In this document: positions 11,501 to 26,458 of the stretch, in pieces
Position numbering within the stretch: position 1 is the stretch's first letter
Layout: every line of letters begins with the position of its first letter
DNA from: Octopus bimaculoides
Lineage: Eukaryota
Assembly: GCF_001194135.2 (NCBI RefSeq)
Contig: NC_068985.1
Span: forward strand, 63,547,867 to 63,611,866
Reading direction: 5' to 3'
DNA: 64,000 bases
Program-made: the position numbers and the translations under genes
Notes under the pieces: model-generated
Told to the model about the DNA's origin: nothing
The model's input: only the letters and a program-made list of their open reading frames with translations
Databases searched by the model: none

Positions 11501-14500
11501 GTGAACAGAAATCGTACAAAAACTGACCCTTTTCACACAAACCTGGAAATGTTGAAAAGAAGATAATGCCATCTTTCTGAAATGGAATTTTCACTTCAAA
11601 GAATTTCATTTCAGGTTCTTTTTTCGCAACCTTGATGACCAAGACTGTATTCATACCTCCATTAGTAAAGGGGTTATGTACCTACAGCCAGCAGGTCTGA
11701 TGAGTTGACTATGTTGCTAAGAGTAATAAGAGATGCCAAACTAATAGTAACTTTCTGACCAGCCATAACTAATTACTACATAAAATACTACTGCACAAAA
11801 ATAATAATTTAGATTGTGCTTCATTTCTGACTTAGATACAACTCACACACATATATATATATATATAGCATATCAGTCTATGCTGTAAAGTGGTTGGCAT
11901 TAGGTTGGTATCCAGCCATAAAAACCATACCAAAGCAGACATTCAGCACATTGGTTCCTATAAAACTGTCCAACCCATACCAGCATGGAACATGGACACC
12001 AACTGATGTTCAAGATATATATAGCCTATATTGCCCCACCTTCATTCTCACTACCTCATCAAGTCTTTCCCACACATCTCACTCCCTAACACTCATCACT
12101 TCTTTATCTCTGGCATTATCTGGTTACCAGAATCACCTGAGAGTACAATAGGCACATACTACATCCCTCCCCTTTCACTACCTTCCTTTTTTTTCCCCCA
12201 ACACCAAAACCACTTCCATTCCTCATTATCTTCTTCCAGCTATGCTCTCTCTCCCCTCTACGATACTCCATCCTTAACATCTCCTTTATCTATCACTCCC
12301 AATGCCCTCATATATCTAACATAACCCCTCCTACTGAGATGCTCCTATATCTCTCACCATCAATTACTACAGTAACCTCTATCCCATCTAATCGCTCCTC
12401 ACATTCTTATGACACTTGCCCTGACACATATCCACCACCAACACTCTCTCCATCTCTATTTTTCCCTTCAAGTCTCTCTTTCTCTTCCTTCTTCTCCAAC
12501 AGGTTATCCTTGTGTCCCTTCTATCTCTATCTCTCTATCTCTCTATTATTCTCTTAACCTCTTGTCAACTGACACAAAGTAACCTCCCTCAGTGCTATTC
12601 ACCCCAGTCTAGGGGACTTTGTCTTGCAAGTTACTTGGTGACCCCCACCAGTGCTGATGCCATGAAAAAAAAAAACACAATACATTGTCAAGTGGTTGGC
12701 ATTAGGATCCAACTGTAGAAACCATGCCAAAGCGGATGACAGAGCTTGGCAAAGTCCTTTGACTTGCTAGAGCATCAAACTGTCCAACCCATGCCAGCTT
12801 GGAAAACAGACATTAAATGATAATGATGTAAAGTGGGTTCCTCCCACTGGTGTGATGTGTGACTGCTGTTGTACTGTAGTTGCTGTTTACGTTAGTAGCC
12901 ACAATAGTTACTAGTCATCAGATACCCTTGTATCTCTTCATACCGGAATAGTAGTACACTAACTTCTTCTGCCTTACTATCGCTGATAGCTCCATAAGAC
13001 ACCGACTAGAACTGTTGACTCTCAACCCTCTCTTGACGACCAGCTACTGGTCTATATAAAATGGCTGTCTCCTCCCACTTTTTACCAGGTGGGGTATACA
13101 GTTTCACTATACAACATCTCCCCTTTTAATTATTTTATTTAACAAACAATTTTTTTTATTCACCCCACCTCTTCCCTTTTTGTATATACTCAATATCTTT
13201 TCTTTTTAGGGTCTACTTTTAGGAATTCAGTGTCCTTCTTTCTCCTTGTACATGTGGTTTCTACTTCTTGTATTGGTGCTCGAATCTGAAAAGTGTCATA
13301 CTTTTGTTTTCTCACTTATGATTGTGATATCACTTCCCATGTCTATTTGCATTCTGATACTAGTGGTTTCAATTCTCATATTCATGAATTTTCTGTTTGT
13401 TGTAGTCACAACTTTTCTTGCTGAAAAAACTATTTATTTTTTCTTGTTTGTTCTATCTGCCTTTCATTCTAGTTTTGCAGTGTGATTTTATATGTCCTGT
13501 AAACCTGCGGTGAAAACACTTTACTTTTTTATAAGGACAATCTTTTTTTAGGTGCATCCCACCACATGCCATACATGGGTCTACGTCCCAATATTTTTCT
13601 GTTTTTCCTGCAACACTTTCTTTGAACTGTTTTGCACTGATCTTATATGAAAACACTCTTTCCATTGAATTTCTTCCATGTCATGCCTTAATTTTACTAT
13701 CATGTCACACTCTTCCGACAGTTTCTGCAATGTCAAAACCTGGTTCATTTCCAGTTTTGCTAGAATTTTCATTTGGATTTCTGCATCCCTTTTATCTGTC
13801 AATCCTTGTGCAAAAATCAAACACTTGAAAGAATCTGGAGTAAGCAAATCCAGCCTAAATGTCTCACATTCTTTGTTGACTCTGTCTGTGTAAGTAGTGA
13901 AGTCTTCATCTTTATTCTTTTTTATGCTTAAACATTTCCATCTAGTATTAAACAGTGAGCTCTTTTCACTAAACATTTTACACATAATGTCAACTGTCGG
14001 TGAAATTTATGTTGGATATTTTTTCTGGCAATATGAAGTTACTACACTTTCCATGTTCTGCTGTTGCTTGTTTTCTTAAAACTAGAATCATTTTCATTTC
14101 ATCCGTCCAATCCAGACATTCTTTTTCAAAAATTTGTTTAAGTCTTCGAAAGTAAGACTTGAAGGTTACTCCTTCTTTGGGGTCATATTTGAATTTGCTA
14201 CGTGGTCAGGTAAAAATGTATTCTCAGTTTGGTTATCAATTTCATTAGTTGTAACATTTGCTGCTGCAATCCTTGTTGTTGTTCTTGTTCCTTGAATTGT
14301 TGTTACTGTTTTTGCAACTCAACTATGCCAGCTAACAAGTCTTCCTTATTTTACTAATTTTCTAAGTTTGCACAACAAGATTTTTTTTTTTTTTGTTGAG
14401 TTAGTTAATTTTCCACATGAATTAGTTTAAACTCTCCATGAGAATGTTTTTCTTCACTTTGCATAAACTTGTTTTTCCTCATCGCCACTGTTGTAAAGTG

Positions 14501-17500
14501 GGTTCCTCCCACTAGTGTGATGTGTGACTGCTGTTGTACTGCAGTTGCTGTTTACGCTAGTAGCCACAATAGTTACTAGTCATTGGATACTGTTGTATCT
14601 TTTCGTACCGGAATAGTAGGACACTAATTACTTTTGTCTTACTATCAGCGGATAGCTCCACAAGACACCGACTAAAACTGTCAACTGTCAACTCTTCAAC
14701 TCTCAACCCTCTTTTGATGACTAGCAACTGGTCTATTTATAATGGCTGATCCTACCACTTTTTACCGGGAGGGATATACAGTTTCACTATACAACAGATG
14801 ATGATTGCTAACAAATAATGGTTTCAAATTTTGGCAATCTAAAGGGAGTGGGGTAAGTCAGTTACATCAACTTCAGTGTTTAACTGGTACTTATTTTATC
14901 GACCCTGAAAGGATGACAGACAAAACTGACCTCAGCAGAATCTGAACCCAAAACATAAAGAGCTAGAAGAAATGCTGCTAAGCATTTTGTCCAATTCACT
15001 AATGATTCTACCAGCTTGCCACCTTAATTACAAATAAGTGATAAAAGACAATGTTAAATGTAGCCTTACCTCAAAGCAGCCATTTTCATCAGATTTCTTT
15101 GGTGCACCTTGGACATTTTTGATAGGTTGAACAGAGACCACTTCACCAAGGTCTATATAGCCCTTACAACTGGAGTCTTCCATAGCATCGTAGTAACGCA
15201 ACTAGTTGAGAAAAAGCAGAAAAATATAAGGTGAATACTTCAAATATGGTTAACTTTTTACATTAACAACATCACTAATATAATAAACAAATTCCATACT
15301 CTTTACGCACACCAAAACCATATCCATAGGCCTTGTTAAAGGAAATATCCATAAGATTTGTTATAAGCAACATCCATATGCCTTGTTATAGGCAATATGT
15401 AAGGGCTCAAGGATCTTTTAATTCAAAGGTAGAAGGTGGTAGATGAAGAAGGTATATGCATCGTTCTATTCGAATTTGTGTTGGATGTAAAATTTAGTAA
15501 ATATAACCAGATTGGATTTTCAGAGGAATAGATATCTTGAAGAGGACGAGGCAAAATATTTAGAAAGAGAGATTGAGGAGTGATGGGATACAGTTGAAGT
15601 GGAGTACATTGTTAGAATATTCAGTGGAGTTGTAGGAGTTGCAGATGAGGCAAGGAGAGATCAGAGCAAAATGGAAGAGCTGAGTTTGAAGAATATTCAT
15701 GAGTGAAGGCCCTCCTCTAACACAGATGTCTAGAATAAAATCCTATCACATGAACAGTATTTTAGTGCTGGGGTAGTTTTGTTTCATAAACTGGAATGAC
15801 AGTTTAGAGCTGTTCAATAAATCTAATTTTATGATGGTACTGAAGCCATGTCAAGAATATGGGAAGTTTGAGAAGTAAAGGGAGAGGATGGTGGTGGGCT
15901 GGGTTCGGACACGCAAGAGCACAATATTGTGAGTTTGCAACCAGTACCAAGTTATCTTTTGGTGCTGTTACATCTTCAGTGCAGTAAATTCAAAAAAATT
16001 TTTCATTGCAACATAACCAGGTGCTCCAGCATGACCGTAGCCACTTGGCTGAAATGCATAAATAAATAAACCTTCATTAGTAATTTACCACACGTTGTTT
16101 GGTGACAAAGAAAATGAAGTTTGATTTAGTTAGGGAACAAATGAATATACTATTTATTTTAATGGTTTTTAAAACAAAAATAACTTCTGTAAAAATAAAG
16201 GACAAATGAACTGACCTGATGTTTCATGGAGTCAAGTACAAACCAGCGCTGCTTCCAACCTTTGAGGAGAGCGCCTCTCTTGTAGAGGTATCCTTCATGG
16301 GTACGATGTTCTCCTGAAAAATGGTCATACATCTGACAGCTTCCAGTGCCTATCACAAGGATTCAATAACATTAATGAAACATGTCATTAAGGGCAGAAA
16401 TAATGAAAAAAGAGAAATCTGGAAAGTACTAACAGGCCCAACATCTCACTACTGACATGTATGTGCTTATATGTGCCAAAAGTGGGTGGAAGTAGTCAAA
16501 TATGAGATTTATTTGGAAATAATTATCAGAATCCACTTCCAGTCTAAAAATGTAAAATGTGAGGAAGAGACAATAATGCCTGTAATTTTATAAACCGCCC
16601 TAGTTTCACACAGAATTGTAAACCAAACAGTGAGACTTACCTCCAGATACGGAACTAGCTTCTGATCCTCCAGTCTTTGAAATACTTGAGCTACTAGCAC
16701 TAGTATCAGGGACAGCTTTTAACCGTTTACAGTTCTTTGGTACATGAGGCATACATTTCTCATGGCAGTTGTAACCACAGTTGACACAATGCATGCCTGG
16801 AAAGAGAGATTTCCCATCTAATACATCATTAATACAAAAAAGTAACAATGAGATACTACTGCCTGCTACCAGGTATGTCAATGTGTATGTGTAAATATGT
16901 GTGTATGAAGTTGGGTGGATGAATATACATATTTAAAAAAAAAAACATAGAAATAAGTGAATCATAAAAATAATGCTCCACCACTAACATGAAACTAGAA
17001 ATAAGTATTTAATATGTAGGCAGCCCTACTTGCTTTTTCCATCATATTCTATGCATGTGAATGTACTGAAAATCTTAACCAATCAAGATATATGCACGCG
17101 TGCATACGCACACACACACACACACACAGGTCTTAAAATTACAGTAGCTACTAACTTGTGTTGATTATTTAGATGTTTCCCTAAACCTGAACTCCTCGTG
17201 ATATAAGCCTTTCCATAAGCCTAATGAGAAACTTGCATATATACATAAACAATCTTGTCACCCTCCTGTAATATTTAAAAACCTGTTACTGATAGAAATA
17301 TCAGTAACAAAGTGTTTAACCTCACTACTTCTAAAGAAATGTTTGCAAAAGCAGTCCCCTACTATAACAATTGCCCTAGCTAATAGTGGCTTCAAAGGTA
17401 AATTAATATATAACCCCTTTAATATTAATCAGAATAATAATAACAAGGGACCTAAAAATAGGCCAAGGAAAATTATTTGGTTTGCCCCTCCTTTTCCCTT

Positions 17501-20500
17501 GGTATAAAAACTAACATAGGTAAAAGATTCCTGTCTCTCCTAGACAAACACTTTCCAGCAACTTACACATACAGGAAAATATTTAATAGTCCTTCTGTGA
17601 AATTATATAGCTGCTGCCCCAATATGATGAGTATCATTACATGTGGTCAATACCAGGAGCCTAAATCCAGTTGTAACGTATAGAGTTTGAAAGATAATGA
17701 AACACCACATGACTAAGTGGAAAGTAACTGAGAAATCCATACCTTATGTTAATGGACTGAATAAATGTAGGATTCGTTTAGCTGAAAGAATGCAGATCCT
17801 GTTCAGATCTAAGATCCCTAACTCTCTACTGAACTCTAGGCCTGAAATTTTCAGCGGCTGTAAGAATATGTATAAATATATTTTGTAAAATTGGAAAACT
17901 CTGCCTGTTCCTGATTAACTCGATATCTTTCCAGCCTTATAATTTAAGGTGTAAAGAGGAGTATTATAATATATTTAATGCATCTCTCATTAAAAAGTTC
18001 AATATCGAAACAATACTAAAAATTTCAAAATTACAGATACACCAAAATACTTCATAAATAGATCAAAACTTAGATGTAAGGTCTCATCCTGCTATTTCAT
18101 CCCATACCAAGACATTCATATTAGTACTAATATAAATAATATGCCAGGCCAGCCCACACCAGTCAAGGGTTCTGTAACCTGGTTAAACATAGGACCAATG
18201 CTGAGGTACAAACAAAAGCATGTAACTGTCGCAACCCAGATACATGCCTGTTTGCTGGATCTTGTTTGCGCAGTAATGTGGTGTATGAGTGCTGTGTAGA
18301 GATACCTGGCACAAATAGGGTTAAAGTCTATATAGGAAGTACGGTTGATTTCAAGCGTTGCTGCAGGGCTCACTTGAACTCTTTTAATAATTTAAGATAT
18401 AAATCCTCAACAACATTAGCCACATACATACATGATTTCAAGTTGAGCAATACACAATATTCTTTAACCTGGTCCATCGTAGAGGAGGCCCCCTCCCTAT
18501 AGTACAATCACACTGGTATGTAGGCTTTGCATCAAGGAGTCAAAAAATATTCTCTCTAGTTATAATTCCTCATTACTGAATAAATTTACCAACGCCATGT
18601 ACTCATAGACACCATTCAACTTTTAGGTATTTTAATCAAACTAGATAGGTGGACCATTATAATCTAAGATTGAATATATTCCACCTAACACTTATAATTC
18701 AAACTTTATTATCTTCCTCTTGATGTAATTTATTCCCTTAGAACCGACCATACTTTTGATATTAACTTCCCATAATTTCTATTACACTATTTCCTTCTTC
18801 TGCCCATAAATATAACCATATATAAAATCTAGCATTAAAGTAGGTTTTCTAATAGTAAGTGAGATGTGACCTAGTCTAACACTCCCTGATGATGGAGGCA
18901 ATTATCTAAAATTTTGGATATGAACATCTATTAATTACAAGCATTACTGGTCTGAAAAAAAAAATTAAAATCCAACATTTAGTCTATGAATTATTTACTT
19001 TATACACTATACCCTCGACATCTTATAATCTTTTTTAACACTGTTTTTAACCTAACCCTTATTAGTAAGTAGGACTATATCTTTTAATATATTTATATAT
19101 TTCTCATATATTTTTATAGATCTGCATAATTTGTCATACATATACAGGGGTTGGACAAAATAATGGAAACACCTTAAAATTTCAAGCAAATTTATTTTAA
19201 TATGGGGTAGGACCACCTTTGGCAGCAATTACTGCTTGAATTCTATGAGGTATGGACTTGTACAAAATTTGAATTGTTTCCAAAGGAATTTTTGTCCATT
19301 CTTCATCTAAAACAGTCTCCAGTTCTTGTAGTGATGATGGTAGAGGATATCAACTCCTTACTTGCTTTCCGAAAATGCACCATAAATTTTCAATAATATT
19401 GAGATCTGAGAACTGTAGTGGCCAGATATGATGTTCAACTTCACTAGAATGTTCCTTGAGCCATTTAGTAACAGCTTAAGCTGTGTGAATTGGTGCATTA
19501 TAATCCTGAAAGATAGCATTTCCCTCTAGAAACAGTTTCACAACCATAGGATGAATTTGATCATATAAAATGCTTAAATAGTCTTTACTATTAATTCTGC
19601 CATGAAGGGAAACCATTTGGCTGGCAGATTTCCAAGATATTGTTCCCCAGATCATCACAAATCCTCCTCCATATTTAACAGTCAGAAGAAGGCAGTCTGG
19701 GTCAAATGCTTCTTTTGGCTGTCTCCACATGTATACTCAGCCAGTAGTTGGAAATAAGGTAAAGAATGACTTGTCTGAGAAAATAACATTCTTCTACTGC
19801 TCTAAGGACCAATTCAGTAGGTTTTTACTCCATTCTAAATGCCTTGCAACGTTTGTTTTTGAAAGTAGTGGTTTTCTTATTGCTGCCCTTCCATGAAATC
19901 CAGCTTTGTCCAGCTCCTGGTAACTGTGTTCTCAAGGTGGTCATTAAACTCTGCAGTAATTTTGGGAGCTGTACTTTTGTGATCTTTTCTAACAATTCGT
20001 GTAAGAGTCCAATGGTCCTCATCTGAAAGTTTTGGTTTTCTTCTGGAGTTTTGTTTCAACAAGGTTTTCCCTCTTTCTCAAAGGCTATCATTACTTTCAA
20101 GACAGTACTTTTTGATTCACCAAACACTTTGGCTGTTTTCGAGCACCAACGATTTGACCTCTTTGAAAGTCCGATAGATCTGTCGTTTTAATGAATTTTA
20201 ATTACCTTTTTCTGATGATATCTTTAAAAAAACAGCAATTTTACCAAAACATATTAAGCAACACTAATAATAAATCAAAAAACATAAAAATAAACAAGCT
20301 TTTGATGGTTTTATAGATATTTTAAAATTATGATGCTATGATGCTAGGTGTTTCCATTATTCTGTCCAACCCCTGTATGTCTATTATATTTTTGATATTT
20401 TGGTGCATCTGTAATTTTGAAATTTTTAGTATTGTTCTGATATTGAACTTTTTAATGAGAGATGCATTAAATATATTATAATACTCCTTTTAGCTTGGCT

Positions 20501-20616
20501 TATATTATAATGTTTTTGAATTGTTGAACCTATCTGATTTCTCATCTTTAATTTGAAAAAATATATACACCTAATGTCTCAGGTTCAATACTTAAGCACT
20601 TTCCAACACTGCCTGT

Positions 20617-20656
<40 letters not shown>

Positions 20657-23600
20657 ATGATATATACACACACACACACAATAATAACTATATAATAATA
20701 TATCGTAATAATGATATATATATACTCCAATTAAAGCAACATTTATCGAAACAAATGATTGAAAAATGACGAGCTAACTTCCAGCTAGAACTGAACCCAC
20801 AAATCAATGCTAACATGGCTCCTAGTACATCCAATTGTGCCAGAATACTCACCCATAAATTTTCAATCAAATTAATGCATAGATATTTTAACTGTCTAGA
20901 ACTGCATATAATATTTTGTAAACAAACCCAGAGGCTTGAGAAGTTACAGAGAAAAAGCGACTACAGGAGTCATTTTTATACAATAACTATATAATAATAT
21001 ATCATAGTAATAATATATAAACTCCATTTAAAGAAATATTTATCTAAATAATTGACTGAAAAATGATGAGCTAACTCATATATATATATATATATATGTA
21101 TATGATAAATAATCTGGTTCAATCTTCCATTTAGCCTAATGTTTCTACTAATGTAGCTTGGAACTTTCTGTCATTGATTAAGAAGTATTTCCCCAGGGAC
21201 CATAAGTATTACAAGCTCTTCAACCCACATAATGTCAAGGTGAACTACTTCTGCTTAGATAACATTGCTTCTAATATTGCACACTACAACAGATGCAAAC
21301 ATGCCAACTCCCAACAGCTGCCCTCTAGAAAGATTCTACTTCTAAAGGGCTGCAGTTTAGAGCCATCTGATGGCATCACAAGGCACCACACAGGGATGAC
21401 AGTCAATGATTTCAAGGGGAAGTACACATAGCACATGCATTCACTCAAATGCAGAGATACAGAGAATTCCACTTTTTTGGCTCGCTTCCTCTGGAGGCTC
21501 TGTGACCCCCAGAATGAAACACCCAGCATCGAATGTTGGTGGCAGCTTTCCAATCAAGAGCAGGGTTACCAACCACTACTGCTTATGCACACTGATGACC
21601 ACAACCTTATGCATCCAATGCAATCCCAAACTTTCACCACCAAACATGTGGCGTGCACACATAAACACACAAAAACAAGCACTTATGTGCATACACACCA
21701 CCTCACACACTCCTACACACACCCACACACATATGTACACATAATTACACTAGCATACATCACACTCACATACATAAATACCGCATCTGCCACACCAGCA
21801 TGCATGTCACTTCCACATACACAACTAACAAAAGCATGCACACATACATGTATACTTACACACAACTACACTAACATACATCACACCCACACATATAAAT
21901 ACATCTTTCACACTAGAACACTCGCACACAAATAACAAAAGCATATATATGCACATATACATTAACACACACATGCCCATATACACTCTTTCAGACATGC
22001 ACATTCACACATATGTTCATGCACAAATTCAAGAATGTACATACATACATACATCTGCACTTGCTCACATATGCACACCCATACAATCAATAACACATCC
22101 ACTCCACACATTCATACATTTCGTATATAATGTGTGTGTGTGTGTGTGTGTGCACACGCACACACACACACACACAAACACAAACACATACATTTACTGG
22201 TCTTACTTCTACAACACCCAGGCATATGGTCGAGGGAAGCACAGGGTAGATATGGTGTTTTTACACCTTTTACCATAAAATAATTTTTTTCTCCACAGTA
22301 ACTGCAGTTTAAAAGTTGAAATATGTAACAAATATATTCTAACTAACCTAAAGTTAATTTATTCTTAATCACTGCTTGGTGCTGGTGCTGCTGTTTTTAT
22401 TCCAATCGAGCAGTCCACTAGTGCAACTCAATCACTGATGTGGACTGCATTTTAGTTAAAGCTACAGTTTTGAATCTGCCCAGGGTTATTTTTCTTCAGT
22501 ATTTCCCACTGAGGAAGGATTAAGAGCCAGAAATGTGCATCTAGGAATCTGCTAGAGGGAAGCACAGGGCAGAGATTGTGTTTTTACATCTTTAATCATG
22601 AGAGAGAATCTTTTTCTCCGTGGTAACTGCAGTAAATTTACCTTTAGAAGTTAAAATATGTCACAAACATATTTTACCAACCCAAAATTCAAACATTTAT
22701 TAAACTGAGACGTGCATAACCTGACATTTTAAGTTGTCAGTCAAGGTCAGGTGGAGTATTTCAGAAAGTAGATTTGGAACAAATACTGTTTCTCCATGTA
22801 AGAGTTTTGTCTTACATGCAACAGTTGAACTCAACACTACACACCAACATTGGTCAAGTTTGCAGTTATACCAGTAATTATACAGGAGTACTTATTGTAT
22901 CTGTTGAAAGTTAGGTGAGACATGAAGAAACCTAGTCATACCACTCAATCTCCACTCAAATAGCAGCCAAATATTGTATGAATCACATCACACTGGCATC
23001 TAAAATGATGGCCAAACTGAATAATACATTCCTAAATATAATGTGTCTAAGGTTGGATGCTCATAACTGGAATGCCTTTGATCATAGATCTACTCAGAGG
23101 ATAAAAAGCCAGCAATGACGAGTTCCTTCTATCTAACTCCTAGTGACGCATCATTACCATTTTTATTGAAAAGAAGACAATTTCTTGTAATCCCTGATTT
23201 ATTATAACAGCAATAAACTAATGACTAGACCAATCCTTTAATAAATTAGCTGTTCCTGTCCCAATTCAGGTTCATCAATGCCAGTTATGTGTAGTTGGAA
23301 CAAGTGCCAGGAATCAGTCTATCTTCAATCTATCCATTGAAAATTACAAAGAAATCTTAAGGAATAGTGTCTTTAAGAAGTACTCTGTCATTAAAGAATT
23401 ATCACATTTAAATATTTTTAGATGATAATTTAATTGGAGGTTTTATTCCATATTAAAACAAACCCTGCCATTTAAACGGGTTGTCTGAGTGTGTGTGTTT
23501 GTGCATACACATGTGTGAGTATGTGTGTCAGTGCAAGTCCCAATGTATGTGTGTGCTACATAAGCCAACAATGGAACCTTCATGTGGTTACTCAACTTGC

Positions 23601-24480
23601 TAGAAATAACAACCAAATTTCTTTATCATCTTTAAAAAGTCAAAACATAAGGACACTTTAGCTATTGCAGTTCTAAAAATATTATGACTGAATGATCACA
23701 GCTGAACAGTTTTTAATCTGGGGCTAAACAAACAAACATTTTCATGGATTTTTCTTCATCAAAAAGGATATCAAGATACAAATTAAAACATAAGAGACAA
23801 AACTGGCTATGATTCCCTTAAAGACATGGAACCAGCATTGATTCTCTTAAAGATATAGAGCTAGCTGTGTTCTTTTAAAGACACAGAGCCAGCTCTGATA
23901 CCCTAACCCTGAATCAATAACAATATGAATTTATCAACATTTCAATAGTAGAACTATTTTGTGGTATCATATGTAGAATTTGAAGTGAAAATATGTGAAT
24001 GCATTCAAGAAAAAGTCTCTTTCAAAACATCTTTAAATGAAAGAAAATGAATGAAGTATCAAAATGACTTACCCCCTGTTTTTACAAGTCCCCAGAGAAC
24101 ATGAGAACAGTAATCACAATATGCTGGCGTTGTGTAGGACTGCTTCTCAAAGCGATGTTGTTGACTAAACATTTTGGCAGTTTCTCCCAGCAGTTTACCC
24201 TTCAACAGTATTTCAAGTGTTGAGCGTTTGTGTATTGACCTTCCATGCAACCGTACCAATTGTGTGTTAAAAGATGTCTGCCTGTGTAAAGATTCTCGGG
24301 TTGGTTGTTCCAGTTTATCCCAGAGAACTTTCCATTTCTGTGGAAGATGGCCAAGTTCCGTTTCTAGTCGGTGGATTTCCTACACAAACCAACAACAAAA
24401 CAATTATTAATACTTAATTGTATCTAACATTAGTCCATAACTACATGCTATGGGGGAAGGTTCAGATTGTTTTCTAAATC

Positions 24481-24542
<62 letters not shown>

Positions 24543-26423
24543 CTAATGGCTTTGGAAAATTAAATTAACAATGAATGTCACACTTTCATCTTTCTAAAAA
24601 TGTCACACTTTGAAATTTGGAGATCATAAAATTCAACCCATTATACTCACTAATTAAGGTTCATCTGACTTAGTACCTCTGTTATATTCACTAATTACAG
24701 TTCATCTATTTCAACTTCTTATATTAACTAATATCAGCTTATTCAGTATTTCATGCATGTTCATTAATTAAGATTCACCTAACTTAGTCTGTTAGTTATA
24801 TTCATTAATTAATGTCCATCTAACCTATCACAGTTACATGTGATTGGTTGAAGCAAATACTATCCTGTAGTGACCACCACCATTTGAGAGTTAGATTGGT
24901 TCAGTGAAAGTTTCTCAATTTTTATCCTATGACAAAAACTGCTATCTTCCACTGGTAAACAACAAAATGTCATTTGCTACTGCACCCTTCCCACCACACC
25001 TGACAACAGAACAGGTAAATAAAAAAACAACAGAGGAAGAGGTAGGGTGAACAAAACCCAGTCAGTTTTGACTGGTACCTAGTTTGGTATTTAGCAGTGA
25101 CAACATCAAATCTTCTCATACCACTGAATGAATGTATGATTTGTGTAAAATCTAATATATTAGTGGTTTTTATTGACTCTGTGGGAATATAAGGTATGAT
25201 GGATTCGAGCATTGGGCCTCATGTGACATACCATGCTTGAGAAGGTCTGTCAAGCCAAGTAAGATCATAGTCGTGGCCAATACTGGTGTCACATCAATGG
25301 CACCCATACCAGTGACACATAAAAATCATCCACTACATTCTTGGAGTAGTTGGCATTTAGGAAGAGCATCTAGCCATAGAAACCATGCCAAATCAGATTG
25401 GAACATGGTGCAGCTCTCCAGCTTACCACTTTTCAGTCAAACCATCCAACCCATGCCAGCATGGAAAGCAGACGTTAAATGATATCCCCAAACTCAATGC
25501 ATTAAAACTGATAGTCTGACAGACTCTGCCACTTTTGTTGTTCAAAATTAAATGTTTTATATTGGAAACTAAAGAACTCACTTGAAATTCCCAAGAGAAG
25601 AAATTAGGCTCCTGTACTAAAATATTGTCATAGCAACCATTAATAATTTTACGGCGCCGGTGTGGAGTCAAATCTGCATCTTGCTCATTGTCATTTGGTC
25701 GCATTTCTCGTCCCATGATTTCAATATCATAGGATGGGCCATGGGCAAGGTCTTCATTTAGGAAATAATTCCAGATCACCAAATTTTGGAGGTTTGAATA
25801 AGGACGCAAAACCTGTAAAGAGAATCAATCAATCAATCAATCAATCAAACACTTCAACTTGGACAATGGGGACCTAAAGTCTGACATTGCAAATATTAAA
25901 CAGTAAACAGTATCAGTTACTTTAACAGGGTAACAGAACAATTTTGGTAAAGGAGAGAGTAATGGATCAAACAAATAATATAAATTGTACAATTTTATGA
26001 AGCAGCCAACCTAATGAAAATCCTAGTTAACTCTAGTTGGATTTGAACTTAGAACATTGAGAAACACCACTAAATATAGCAAACTATTTAGTGTTGTGTT
26101 TGACAGTAACATTGCAAACCACCAAATAAACAACAGTAATATAGCGAAGATTCACCAAAGATATATGAGACTTATATTTGACATCAATATTATTGAAATA
26201 TAACAAAGTTTATAGAGAAAGAGTAGATTAAAAATTAGATTTCATTTAGTAGTTGTGATTAAGTAAAACAATGTTTTGAGGGAAACATTTTAAAGGTTGC
26301 CTTCTTAAATTACTGAACTTTATATTAATTAAGCATCTATTTAGCTTGAGATGTATTACTGTTATAAAGATTTAAAAGTTTTAGACTGTTTTCACTTCAT
26401 TGGGAAAACATTTGGAACTTTTG

Positions 26424-26458
<35 letters not shown>

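Noticed and set aside
18880-18930. Hammerhead core at ctgatgatggaggc in the Penelope fragment
   Set aside because: CTGATGA is present, but no stem II followed by GAAA can be built.
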